Origin: Octopus vulgaris
Taxonomy: Eukaryota
DNA: 64,000 nt
Direction of reading: 5' to 3'
Assembly: GCA_951406725.2 (NCBI GenBank)
Contig: OX597834.1
Span: forward strand, 33,914,001 to 33,978,000
Positions 52,546 to 64,000 of the stretch are shown piece after piece (positions within the stretch are counted from its first letter, which is position 1; the number at the start of each line of letters is the position of its first letter). The notes beneath the pieces were generated by a model. It had not been told where the DNA came from. It did no database searches and saw nothing but the letters and a program-made list of their open reading frames with translations. The translations under genes were made by a program, and so were the position numbers.

Positions 52546-52938
52546 CCAGCAGTATTGCCCGTCGTTGCTCAGGTTTATTTCAACCCTTTAGAATTGGAAT
52601 TTTTGAAAAGTAAATATTTTGAATTATGTAGCTTGTTATTCTGTTTAAGTGAACATTTTTCTGGTTCAAATACACCGAAAAATGGTGACACAGCAGTCAA
52701 AAAACGTAAAAAATTGGGATTTTCATAGAAAAATAGCACCTTTTTGATGTAAATAATTTTTGGTGTTAACATGGTCCGATTTGAATTTTTTCTTCTATGG
52801 AAGAAAGAGCAAGCCTTCTTCTACCATACTCTTAATTTTGGTCAACTTGCATGGTAGGGTCTCGAAGGAGATAGTGTTAGTTGAAGGCTACCAAACCTGC
52901 CATACACAGACAACTTTAGCTTTATATATATATAGAGA
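52546..52938 (-). mobile_element. Non-autonomous Helitron
   Basis: Minus strand begins A|TCtctatatatatataaag and ends with a GC-rich imperfect hairpin cctgagcaacgacggg followed by CTGG|T (CTRR). Inserted between A and T with no TSD. Confidence 0.65.
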
Positions 52939-53079
52939 TGAATTTCAAAAAAGTAACAGTACAAGTGTAGCAACAAAGACACTCCAAAGCATTAATGGTT
53001 CATATCACGGTGCGGCATCTTAGAGCAAGTGTCTTCTCCTATAGCCCTGGGCCAACCAAAGCCTTGTGGGAAGATTTAG

Positions 53080-53232
53080 TAGGTTCATCCGGGCCCTTAA
53101 ACAACAGGAAGTTAAGTTTGTTCTTGGAAACATCTACCCCAACTTTATGTAGACCTCTCAGATATTTTGGCAAGGTATTAAACAGCTTAAGGCCTTTGAA
53201 TCCCAAGCTATTGCAGTATATGGCCATCACTC
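53080..53232 (-). mobile_element. CR1-like LINE ORF2 C-terminal fragment
   Basis: YCNSLGFKGLKLFNTLPKYLR...KNKLNFLL..PDEP matches the CR1-type NS...G.RLFN.LP..IR...FK..LD..L..PDEP tail. Related piece at about 47240-47365. Confidence 0.6.
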
Positions 53233-53293
53233 AAGACACACATTCACACATACATAATTGCTAGTAAGTGAAAATATTTGCAGGTTTACCTAC

Positions 53294-53398
53294 CTTCAGT
53301 GTTTCCCTCAAGATGAAAGCAATCAGGACTTCATCCAGCCGATTCTTACGCGTTACCAAGTCTTTCGAAAGATCTGTTACAGATCCATTCTGACACAA
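53294..53398 (-). CDS. MYO3: Myosin III kinase exon (subdomains V-VIa)
   Basis: 105 bp, ttccAG|TTG...AAG|GTAGGT. Translates LCQNGSVTDLSKDLVTRKNRLDEVLIAFILRETLK, similar to MYO3A LCSGGSVTDLVK...LIAYILHEAL. Confidence 0.95.
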
Positions 53399-53469
53399 CT
53401 GGAAAAGAGGAAAATAAACAAATGATTCATCTTTCAGATGTGGAACAATGAATGAAGGAATCTCTACAT

Positions 53470-53739
53470 CAAAGGTCCTCAACCAATTTTTTTTTACCTG
53501 TGGACCCCACTTTGATTTCTATTTTACTCGGGTGGACCTTTATAGTCATTTGGTGTTTAAAAAAATCCTATTGTATTTTCATAATTAAATATTATTAGAA
53601 ATTGTAATTAAAAAAGAAATTTGTTGAAATATTTTGAGTGTTGAAAAAGTATAAGCAATCTTATTGCAGATAAATTTTAACAAGAAAATCTTATAAGGAC
53701 CCACAAGGGTTCATGTGGGACCCTGGTTGAGAAACACAG
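53470..53739. mobile_element. hAT-Charlie-type MITE
   Basis: Decayed TIRs caaaggtcctcaacc / ggttgagaaacacag. Perfect 8-bp TSD ctctacat at 53462-53469 and 53740-53747. Confidence 0.75.
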
Positions 53740-54030
53740 CTCTACATATACAGAGAGAGAGGGGGAGAGAGAGAGAGCATATACAATGAACAACAAAATG
53801 AACAAAGGGGGATGCAGAGGAGGAGGAAGGGGAGGGCAGAGGAGGAAAAGAAGGAGGAAGAGGAATATGGGAAGAGGAGATGAGGGGATGGAAGAAGGGG
53901 AGGGATGAAGAGGAGGGCAAGGAGGGGAGGAGGAAGAGGAGGGGGGGGGGAGAAAATGATAGTAACAAAGACACAAAGAAAGGCTAAGAAATTCAAAGGA
54001 GATGGAAAGAAAAGAAAAGCCATCACTCAC

Positions 54031-54203
54031 CTCCATGACAATCCATAACTGGTCATCCAGTTTGTTTTCTTTCTTCAGGTACAATCCATAGAATTGTGGG
54101 AAATTAGGGTTATTACTCACAGCCTTTAGAATCTGATATTCCTGCTCGATCTCTTCAACGGTTTCGTGGATGTTCTCCAATATTTTGGCAGCAGCCTTTT
54201 GGC
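54031..54203 (-). CDS. MYO3: Myosin III kinase exon (subdomains II-V)
   Basis: 173 bp, gttgcAG|GC...GAG|GTGAGT. Translates (G)QKAAAKILENIHETVEEIEQEYQILKAVSNNPNFPQFYGLYLKKENKLDDQLWIVME, with the catalytic Lys and alphaC Glu. Phase matches both neighbours. Confidence 0.95.
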
Positions 54204-54307
54204 CTGCAACAATATCAAAGACAGATGGAATAATGCCTGTCTGTATCAGTCATCACTCATACTCCCCCCACCATTCTCCTATATGTCATGTGTCACTGGT
54301 CATCCAC

Positions 54308-54612
54308 TGGCACCTCATCGGTTATGATCGGATCAATGGAACAGCCTGCTCATGAAATCAATACGCAAGTGGCTGAGCACTCCACAGACACGTGTACCCT
54401 TAATGTACATCTCAGGGAGATTCAGTGTGACAAAGAATGTGACAAGGCTAACTCTTTTAAATACAAGCATCACTCATTTTTGTCAGATGAGTGAACTGTT
54501 ATCAATGTGAAATAAAGTGTCTTGCTCAAGGACATAATGAGCCACCAGGAATTGAACACATGGCCTCACAATTCATGAGCCAAATGTCCTAAACACTAAG
54601 GCATGTATCTTC
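54308..54612 (-). mobile_element. tRNA-derived SINE family D
   Basis: Shared body gtggctgagcactccacagacacgtgtaccct. Other copies at about 27550-27718, 28221-28478, 59960-60257 and 61880-62050. Confidence 0.7.
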
Positions 54613-55414
54613 ACAGCAATCACTAAATCCACTCTCCATCCCTCTCCAGTCTTTACAGAGGTTACCTCACTTCCCCTCACCTCAACCATTGCTCAACTTT
54701 CACTCCACTCATATGCTCTTGCAAACTCCATCCATCTACCCACAATCTTGGTTCCTCTATTCCATTCATTCCTACTCACCTTGTACCCTGAGGGTCACCT
54801 TCTCATTCATTACCACCATTTTTATCTCTTTCCAGCCCCACCTAATCATTCCTACTCTCTCTTCTAAAGTGCATCTCCTCTACAACAAGAAACCAAAGGA
54901 CCCCTTCCCTCGTACTTTTACCCATGATCTTCTAGTGTACCTCAGGGTTTATAGTCCTACAAGCCTCATGGCACCACATTAGTGCAGGTGGCATAAAGAA
55001 GCACCCAGTATACACTTTAAAGTGAATGGCATTTAGAAGGACATCTACATATAGAAACCAGGCCAAAGCAAACACAGGAGTGATGCAGTCCTTAGGCTTA
55101 TCAGAACTCATGAAACCTCCAACTGATGCCTTCATGTATGGCAAGCATGGCAGTGCTCAAGCATGGCCTGAACATAGACAAAGGGTTAAATTTAGTAAAA
55201 GAGTAATATTGATGATGATGATGATGATGGTGATGATGACAATGACAAGAATGACAATGGTGAGCATGACCATTAAAACGACGGTGGTTGTGGTGATAAT
55301 GATGATTGTAGTGGTGGTGGTAATGATGGTGTTGATGACAGAGAAGGATGACAGTCCTACTGATGACAACGATGATGATGGTGATGATAGATGTGACAAT
55401 AAGGATCATCTCAC

Positions 55415-55553
55415 CTGTTTGTTTGTTTCTCACAGCGTACACCTCTCCATAGGTGCCTTCTCCAACCAGTTCCTGTAGCTCCCATATTTCCGTGGGATCT
55501 TTAAGCTGGTCGAAATTAACTATCTTGCTGTACTTGGAATACATTTTTAACAT
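55415..55553 (-). CDS. MYO3: Myosin III (kinase-myosin, ninaC/MYO3A-like), first visible coding exon; whole exon 55415-55618, ATG at 55553 or 55544
   Basis: Translates MLKMYSKYSKIVNFDQLKDPTEIWELQELVGEGTYGEVYAVRNKQT-G, with the Gly-rich loop GEGTYG and resemblance to the MYO3A N-terminus ([23 protein letters not shown]). Acceptor ttttcAG at 55619-55620, donor G|GTGAGA at 55413-55414, phase 1. Confidence 0.9.
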
Positions 55554-57981
55554 ATCTGCCCTTTGAACATCACGTTTAGGACTTCCCAATGGGGCACGGC
55601 GCTTGGAGCTGACTCCCACTGAAAATAGAAAAATTTGAAAACAAATGTCAATATTGATCATTCAAAACGAATTGTGAAACAGATGAGGGAAAATATAAAA
55701 CAGATGCATCAGATTTGAAAACAGATTGAAAATTTGAAAACAGACAAGGGGAAATATAAAACAGATGCAGAAAATTTGAAAACAGAAGTAAATATTAGTG
55801 ACTGAAAATAGATTATGAAACAGATGTGAGGAAAAACCAACAGATGTAGAAAATGTAAAATGGATGGACAGATGTAAAACAGATGTGAAATAGATGCTCT
55901 TTTTTTATATTCTTTTTGTCTCAAACAAGAATTAAGGTCTCTGTAGCATAAAGGACTTCAAAAACTGAAAAGAAGGGGCCAACAAATTCAAAAGATGTTG
56001 ATTAATAGGCATGGCTGTGTGGTAAGAAATTTGCTTCCCAACCATATAGTTCCAGGTTCAGTCCCACATATAATGTATGCATGTATGTGTGTGCATATAT
56101 ATATATATATAAATGAGAAACTGCTTTCAGTTTCTGTATGCCAAATCCACTCATAAGGCTTTGATCAGCCTGAGAGTGTAGTAGTAGACGTCAGTGTAGT
56201 GGGTGCTTTTTATGTGCCACTGGCACAGAGGCCAGAGGAAGCTGGCAACAGCCATGATCAGTTGGTGGTCTTTACGTGCCACTGGCACAGAACCTAGTCG
56301 AGGCGGTGCTGGCATCAGCCATGTTTGGATGGTGCTTTTTACGTGCCACTGGCATGGGTATCACAACAACAATTTCCATTTGATTTTTATTTTGATGTTA
56401 ATGTACTTGACTCAATAGGTCTCCTCAAGCACAGCAGATCGCCCTATGATCCAAGGTACTTTTGAATGGACTGGGGCTGGTTATGCATAACTGGTGTAGG
56501 ATACAGCCGGGAACTCACTTTATTTGCTGGGTCACAGAGCATCTCGAAATAAATACGGTAACAAATGGGTTCAATGATGATGACAATGATGATGATGAAA
56601 AAGATGTAAAGCAAAAACATTAATGAGTAATTTAAATATTGTTATGTCTAGGTAGGGTCATTGTGCCAATATCAATAACACATGCACTGGTTCAATTCCA
56701 CTCCTTTATTATTAGTCAGTTGGCTACATATTTATGCAACTAATTGATCGTTTGTTTAATTTGTTGGCTAAATAGTCAATGGTTTCTTCTGTTGTTGTTT
56801 TTGTTTGTCAAAGTTCTTCCATCACCATTTGAAATATTATCAGTGTCTATCTTTTCCAATTCGCTACGGAGGCCATGTTTAACTTGCAAAAATGAAGTAA
56901 AATATTAACCTTTAACAGAAGTGAAAATTGGGTTTGTCATCAAAGCCTAAGATTAAGTGAATGAGTTACACTCAAAGATGTGAGTAGTCGTAGCTGAGTC
57001 TCAAAGACAACTGAGTTGGTTAGAGTCATACATAATGCCAGGCTCAGCAGGCACACAAATCCAGGCTCAACCAATGAGCCAAACACTCAGTATTCATTCA
57101 TAGAAGACAACACACACGCACACACACACACACAGAGGCTCTAACACAAGCGTGCATGCACACACAGCTGCACAAACACACATACACACAGAAACACAAG
57201 TACAGAGACAGATACAAACACACAAACACAGGCTCTAACACAAGTGCGCATGCACACACACACATATACAAGCATAAACATACACATGCAGTCGAGTACA
57301 AATTCACACAGACAGGTATACATGCACACACATATAGGTATGCATATATACACACACACATACACAAAGACACGAACATACACACATGCAGAGAGGCACA
57401 AACACACACAAGTAGATACACAGATACAATCAAGATTGAGTTTTATTATTTTCTTTTCTTACACTTTTAGATTTCCATTGATTATTATTCTCCAGCATTT
57501 ATATATATATATCTTATAGATAATCCCGTTTATAAACTCTACACACCTCCAGATGCTCAAACAGAATAAAAAACAAAAATAGTAATAACAACAACCCAGA
57601 AAATTTCACCAAAAGTCATCGAACTGGAGCAAAAAAATCAATAGGAACAGCAGATTCAGGTTGAAACATGAGAATAAATGCGAAATTAAATATCTTCTCA
57701 ACCCCAAATTTTTTCTATATTTAATATTTGCTGCGCACCTTTCGTGCAGCAGACTTTTTATGGAAGCCACAAAGTGCTGAGATTTCTTTATCATCAAAAT
57801 GATGAGGAAGTTATATAAATGCAGGTTCTATTAAATTTTCCTTATTTTTCTTTATTTATTATTTCGTAATATTGAAGAATGGGTTGGGTAGGAAGAGATT
57901 GTATTTTATATCATTTTCAAACATGCTATCACATGGATTTAATAGTTTTACAAATGAATATATATATATATATATATATAT

Positions 57982-58470
57982 ATCATCATCATCATCATCA
58001 TCATCGTTTAATGTCCGCTTTCCATGCTGGCATGGGTTGGACTGTTTGATTGAGGGCTGTTGAGCCTGAAGGCTGCACCATGCTCCAATCTGATCTGGCA
58101 AGTTTTCTACAGATGGATGCCCTTCCTAATGCCAACCACTCCAAGTGTGTAGTGGGCGCTTTTACATGCCACCGGCATGAGGGCCAGTTACGTGGTACTG
58201 GCAATGACCACGCTCAAATGGTGTTTTTTACGTGCCACCTGCACAGGAGCCAGTCTGGCTGCACTGGCAATAACCACGCTTGAATGTTGTTTTTCACGTG
58301 CTACCAGCACAGGTGCCGGTAAGACAATGCTGGCAACGATCATGCTTGAATGGTGCTTTTTGCATGCCACCGGCATGGGGAGCAAATCAATGGCCCTGGC
58401 AACGATCACGCTTGGATGTTGCTTTTAACGTTCTACTGGCACGGGTGCCAATCAGGCGGTACTGTCATCG
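57982..58470 (-). mobile_element. Family C retroposon with a diverged internal tandem array
   Basis: (CAT)n tail, conserved 3' block and about five degenerate units related to the 65-bp repeat at 6719-7113. Confidence 0.65.
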
Positions 58471-59250
58471 GCAAATCAAAATCGCTGATGGATGGATAGA
58501 CGGACAGACAGACAGATAGATAGGCACAGTTGTGAGGTTAGAAGAATGCTTCCCAACCACATGGTTCACACACAAAGACACAAACATACGCACATGCAGA
58601 GAGGTACAAACGCACACAAGTAGAGACACAGACACAGATATTAAAGCATTGTGTGGATTTGGTAGATGGAAAGTGAAAGAAGCCAGTGTGTGTGTGTGTA
58701 CATAAGCAGAGAGAGAGAGAGAGAGAGATGGACAGGTATGTACGTATGTCCATGTGTACATATGTCTGTGTTTGTCCCACACCACTGCTTGACAACTGAT
58801 GTTGGTTTGTTTACATCCCCATAACTTAGCTGTTTAGCAAAGGCGAGCAATACAATAAGTACCAGGCTTTAAAAACAAAACCATAGGGGTCAATTTTTAC
58901 TTGACTAAAACTCTAAAGGCAGTATTCCAGCATGGCTGCAGTCCAATTACCAAAAAAAGTAAAAAGTACAAGATATATATATCGTCATCACCATCGTTTA
59001 ACATCCGCCTTCCCTGCTGAGAGACAGTTTGTCAGGAGCCAGCCAGGCAGAGGCCTGCACCAGACTTCCGTAACCATTTTGGCAGAATTTTTACAGCTAG
59101 ATACCCTTCCTAACACCAACCACTCAGAAGATCAGAAGAGAGGACCTAATGCTTTTTACATGGCCCAAGCACAGGCAATGTCAGTTTTGGCAAGGTTTTT
59201 ACAGTTGCCAAAACTGACCTCACCTATATATTGGAAAAAAAAAAATATAT

Positions 59251-59573
59251 ACTGTTGTGCCTGGGGAGAGTCATTTTCTTTTTGTGCCTTATACCACTCA
59301 CCGGTAAAATTTCCACTTTTTTTCTTATTTTTATTGACCTAAAATTTTTGTTGCATCTTGCAACCTTTTCAATAGTTTTGAGTCAAAACTATTGAAAAGG
59401 TTGCAAGACGCAATGAAAATTTTGGGAAAATAAAAATAAGAAATAAGTAGAAATTTTACCAGTGAGTGTGTTACATTATGAGGCACAAAAAGAAAATAAC
59501 TCTCCCCAGACACAATAGAATATGCTTCAACACATGAACTCATATAAAGAATCTTGCAAACCAAACCCCAAAA

Positions 59574-59578
<5 letters not shown>
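59251..59578. mobile_element. Fold-back Penelope-like repeat family 2, second copy (hammerhead motif 59389-59425)
   Basis: Palindrome about 59251-59520 with apex ttttgagtcaaaa. The long arm runs into (TA)n. Motif cta-TTGAAAA-g-gttgc..gcaat-GAAA-att-t-tgg. Confidence 0.7.
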
Positions 59579-59611
<33 letters not shown>

Positions 59612-59619
59612 GAAATAAA

Positions 59620-59766
59620 ATATTTACATAGTAGACTGGTTTTGCTTGTGCTAATCATGACTAAGTAATTAGTAATAATGTTATTTTGATTGCATGAAAA
59701 TATAACATTATCACTAACTATTCAGTCAGGATTAGCATAAGCAAAACCAGTCAACTATGTAAATAT
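59620..59766. repeat. Imperfect palindrome of about 147 bp (MITE-like)
   Basis: atatttacatagtagactggttttgcttgtgctaatc ... gattagcataagcaaaaccagtcaactatgtaaatat. Confidence 0.8.
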
Positions 59767-59959
59767 GACTAAAGTGTGGGGGTGTGGTAAGAAGCTTGCT
59801 TCCCAACCACATGGTTCCAGGTTCAGTCCCACTGCATGGCACCTTGGCCAAGTGTCTTCTATAATATCGGTTTCCATTTTTAAAATAAAGGCACAAATAT
59901 TGGAGAAGGGGGTTTATTGATTACATTGACCCCAATAATTGATTGATACTTATTTTGCT

Positions 59960-60257
59960 AAGCACATGGGTTAATGGTTAGGGCATTCGGCTCACAATCA
60001 TAATGTCATGAGTTCAATTCCTGGCCCATTGTGTCCTTCAGCAAAACCCTTTATTTCCCATTGCTCCAGTCCCCTCAACTGTAATTACAAAAGGGCCAGC
60101 TTTGTCATATTCTGCGTCGTGCTGAATCTCCCTGAGAACTACATTGAGGGTACACGTGTCTGTGGAGTGCTCAGCCACTTGCATGTTAATTTCATGTTCA
60201 GGCTGTTCCGTTGATCAGACCAACTGGAACCTTTGTTGTCATAACCGACAGAGTACC
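59960..60257 (+). mobile_element. tRNA-derived SINE family D
   Basis: Head gcacatgggttaatggttagggcattcggctc..gagttcaattcc plus the shared body. Confidence 0.7.
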
Positions 60258-61662
60258 AGGATTTTACAAACTCTGGAAGAGTTAGAGACAAAGACAACCA
60301 AGGCAACATTTGAAATCAGAATGTGTAGAGTCACAACTAAACACCATGAGACATGATTTTGATTATAAAATAAATACAAGGTATTTTATGAAAACAACAT
60401 AAAAAAACCCAAAAAAACAGCATACATTTTCATAAATAACAACTTGGGAATGAAAAATTAAATATGAGTCTACCAACAGAAATTGAACTCGCCACCACTT
60501 GCTTACTGGTTAAACATGCTAACCAAAGATCATTGACTTACTTGTATCAAACTCCACCAGTCTTAAAATAACTCCATCTCCCAGCATTCTCTGACCAATT
60601 CTGGTACTAACTATAGTCAATTGTCCATTTAAATTAAAGCCGGTATATACATCATCATCATCATTAGTATTATGATTGTCATCGTTTTAACATTCCCATG
60701 TCAGCATGATTTGGGTGGACTTCCCATAATGCAAATCAATTATCATTTAAGTTGTTTCATCAACTGTTCTCTTGAGTCCAGGGTTCTGATATCAAACCTC
60801 TTTACTTCCTCCTATGCCTTCCATGGTCTTTAATGTATGTTTATATGCTGCATATGGACATGATGTATATAATGTACATAAAATGTGTGTATGTGAGGAA
60901 CTTCGTCATAAAAGGTGTATAGCAATGTATTGAGCTATAAAATATATATATATATATGAATTTTATCCACCAATGCAGTATTGAGCACTCACTCTCATGG
61001 TTCGTCATTTATGTGTATGTATATATATGCATGTGTATGTGTGTGTATATATATATATATATATGAAATGGACAAAAGTTGTAAAGTAAATGTGTGTATA
61101 ATCTATAAAACAATATTGATGATCAACACTTTGGAGTTTCAGTGAATGAATGTGGAGCTTATAGCCAAAGAATTAGGGTCCAGCAATGAAATATAGGGAT
61201 TAGTAATCAAAATGTTAGACGCACTCAATCAGAGGTTCATTTGTCCTTAGTTAGAAACATGTGGCAAAAAGCATGAGGTTGGGGTGGTGGGAGTGTAGCT
61301 TTCATTAGAATTGAACCCACAATAAAATTTCGTTTTTTTTTAAACTCCAAATAAGGATACTGTAAGGATATATGGTAGATTGCTCTGCAGTTTAAGTGGG
61401 AATCTTGTTATCTGGCAAGAAAGAGTGTTGATTCTTTTTTTTATATAATCATCATCATCACTGTTTAACGTCCTCCTCCTATGCTGGCATTGGTTGGACA
61501 ATTTCACAGGACTTGGCACTAGACTTCTTTGCCTGTTATATATATATATATATACACACACACTTTAGAGTGGTTTGTATATATTTGACTACTATTTTTA
61601 GTGTATAGGTGATGGTATTCCAGAGCCCTTATTTATAATTATATTGTATAATTATATACTTA

Positions 61663-61702
<40 letters not shown>

Positions 61703-63319
61703 ACACACACACAGTTACAACATCAATTTTCCAGAAGCTTTGGTTCCAAAGCCTATTTTTCTGAACCAGAAGTGGCCAATTTGGTCAACACTCTTTAAAT
61801 TAAACAAATATTAAATTGACTTTGATAATTAAATGAAATACAGGTATTTCTACATTAGTGTAAATTATTGCCGATTATAACTGGCACTCGGCTGGTCACG
61901 ATGACAAAGGTTCCAGTTGATCTGATAAATGGAACAGTTTGCTTGTAAAAATGATGTGCAAATTGCTGAGCATTCCACAGACACACATACCCTTAACAGG
62001 GATTTTGCATGACACAGAATGTGACAAGGCTGGCCCTTTCAAATACAGCATTTGATTATAAGAGACTCCAGATCATAAGTGTCCAGAAAATTGGTGTTGT
62101 GTGTGTGTGTGTGTGTGTGTGTTGTTCTTTAAAAAGATATCAGAAATGTATATATATGTATGTGTTGTGAACAGGGTGATTTAAACAAAGCCTTTTTTTT
62201 TTCTGTATAGAAACACTGACAATATCGTAAAGTCCACTGTTCTGTCCGAATTCCTGAATATTAACATGAAACCATAGCACTGCTCTCTGTGGTACCGTTG
62301 TAGTAATGGAGAAGAGGGAACCAAATTCTAAGCTTGGTTGTCCTAATGTGTTGGAACAACCCAATGTATTGTTATCATTTATTAATTAAAAATATACGAG
62401 AATAGACAGACAGACACACAAAAATAGTGAGAAAAAGATAGGTAGATAGGTAGAAGGATAGATAAAGAGAGAAAAATAGGCAGAGAGAGAGAGAGAGAGA
62501 AATATGCAAATAGATAAGAAAGAGATAGAGAGAAATTGAAAGAGGGGGAAGAGGGGGGAATGAGGTTTAAATGTGTCATTAGTTCTGATGATGATGTTGC
62601 CAAATTTATCGCTGCTGCCACAAATAGAAGGCCTTCATCAAGTGAGGGGAGGTGGTTCGGAATAAAAATAATATCTTGAAACCCCAGACTCTAACCCTCC
62701 TCACCCATTCCATAGCCTCACAACTGCTGCCCACCCAACCACCTTGTTTGTTGAAGATGATCCGGCAACGAGGGTGACTGGAAAGCGAGAAACCTGGATC
62801 CTTGTGTCACGTATCGTCACCTTTCACACACACACACTCACACATGCACGCACACACACACACACACATGCACGCACACACACGCTCACACACACATGCA
62901 CACACTCCAACAGACAAGTGACACCAGCAAGGTAGGGGATGAGAGAAGATATGAAGAATTAAAGGTGGGTTTTTTTTTTTCCTTTTTCTTTCAGATGAAA
63001 ACTAAACCAGGGGGACTCTCCTCACATAGGTGGAGAGTCTCAAACTTCTCACCCTGTCACCAACATGTGGTACAGTGCATTCATATTGATTGATTCACAT
63101 GCAATAAGTACAATTCAAGGATTTAAACATTTTTCAGTTTTGTCTCGTTCTTTACAAAACATCAATATCTCCACCAACACAACCACCACATCCATCTGTA
63201 CAAATACATTCATACATGTGCGCACACACACACACATACACTCACACATGCATACGCACAAGTGTGTGTGTGTGTGTGTTGTTAATGCTAGTTTTTATGT
63301 TCAGTTATAATCCTTTCAG

Positions 63320-64000
63320 CTATAGGCAAAAGGCCTAAAATTTGGGGAGAGTGGTTAAGTCGATTACATCGACCCCAGAGTTTCACAGGTACTTAATGTA
63401 TTGAACCTGGAAAGATAAAAGGCAAAGTTGTCCTCGGCAGAATTTGAACTTAGAACAACATAAAGAGAGATGAAATATCACTAAGCATTTTGCCCAGCGT
63501 GCTAACAATTCTGCCAGCTTACCACCTTAACAATAATAATAATAATTCTTTCTACTAAAGGCACAAGGCCTGAAATTTGTGGGGAGGGGTTAAATCGATT
63601 ATATTGCCCCCAGTGTTTCACTGGTATTTAATTTATCGACCCCGAAAGAATGTAAAGAAATAGGTATTTCGTCCATCTTTACATTCTCAGTTCAAATTCT
63701 GCCAAAGTCAACTTTGCCTTTCATCCTTTCAGGGGTCGATAAATTAAGTACCAGTTGCATACTGGAGTCGACTGCCCCCACTCCCAAAATTTTAGGCCTT
63801 GTACCTATAGTAGAAAGTATTATTATTATTATTATCATTAAGGCGGCGAGTTGGCAGAGTTGTTAGCATGCCAGGCAAAATGTCTCCATGTTCTGAGTTC
63901 ACATTCTACTGAGGTCGACTTTACCTTTCATCCTTTCGGGGTCAAGAAATTAAGTACCAGTGAAACACTGAGGTTGATGTAATCGATTAGTCCACTCCCC
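63320..64000. mobile_element. Cluster of family A SINEs in both orientations
   Basis: Four partial or full copies separated by (AAT)/(ATT) runs. Confidence 0.75.

Overview
AT-rich, microsatellite- and SINE-saturated eukaryotic DNA; the repeat landscape suggests an Octopus genome (inference). The window holds the 5' part of one large minus-strand gene, a class III myosin (MYO3/ninaC-like). Six GT-AG exons (55415-55618, 54031-54203, 53294-53398, 33110-33209, 26322-26398, 20502-20647) join in frame into most of its N-terminal STE20-type kinase domain. The next exon was not found in 1-20500. The introns hold tRNA-derived SINEs, hAT/TTAA/Helitron-type MITEs and decayed RTE, Tx1/L1, CR1 and Penelope fragments. 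The most notable feature is a set of about ten minimal type I hammerhead-ribozyme motifs in several small Penelope-like repeat families. Their cores show three Watson-Crick versions of the 3-8 tertiary pair (C3-G8, G3-C8, U3-A8), helix III is mostly palindromic, and two families sit in fold-back palindromes whose apex recurs at the same position in separate copies. Nearly all ORFs in the supplied track are microsatellite artefacts.
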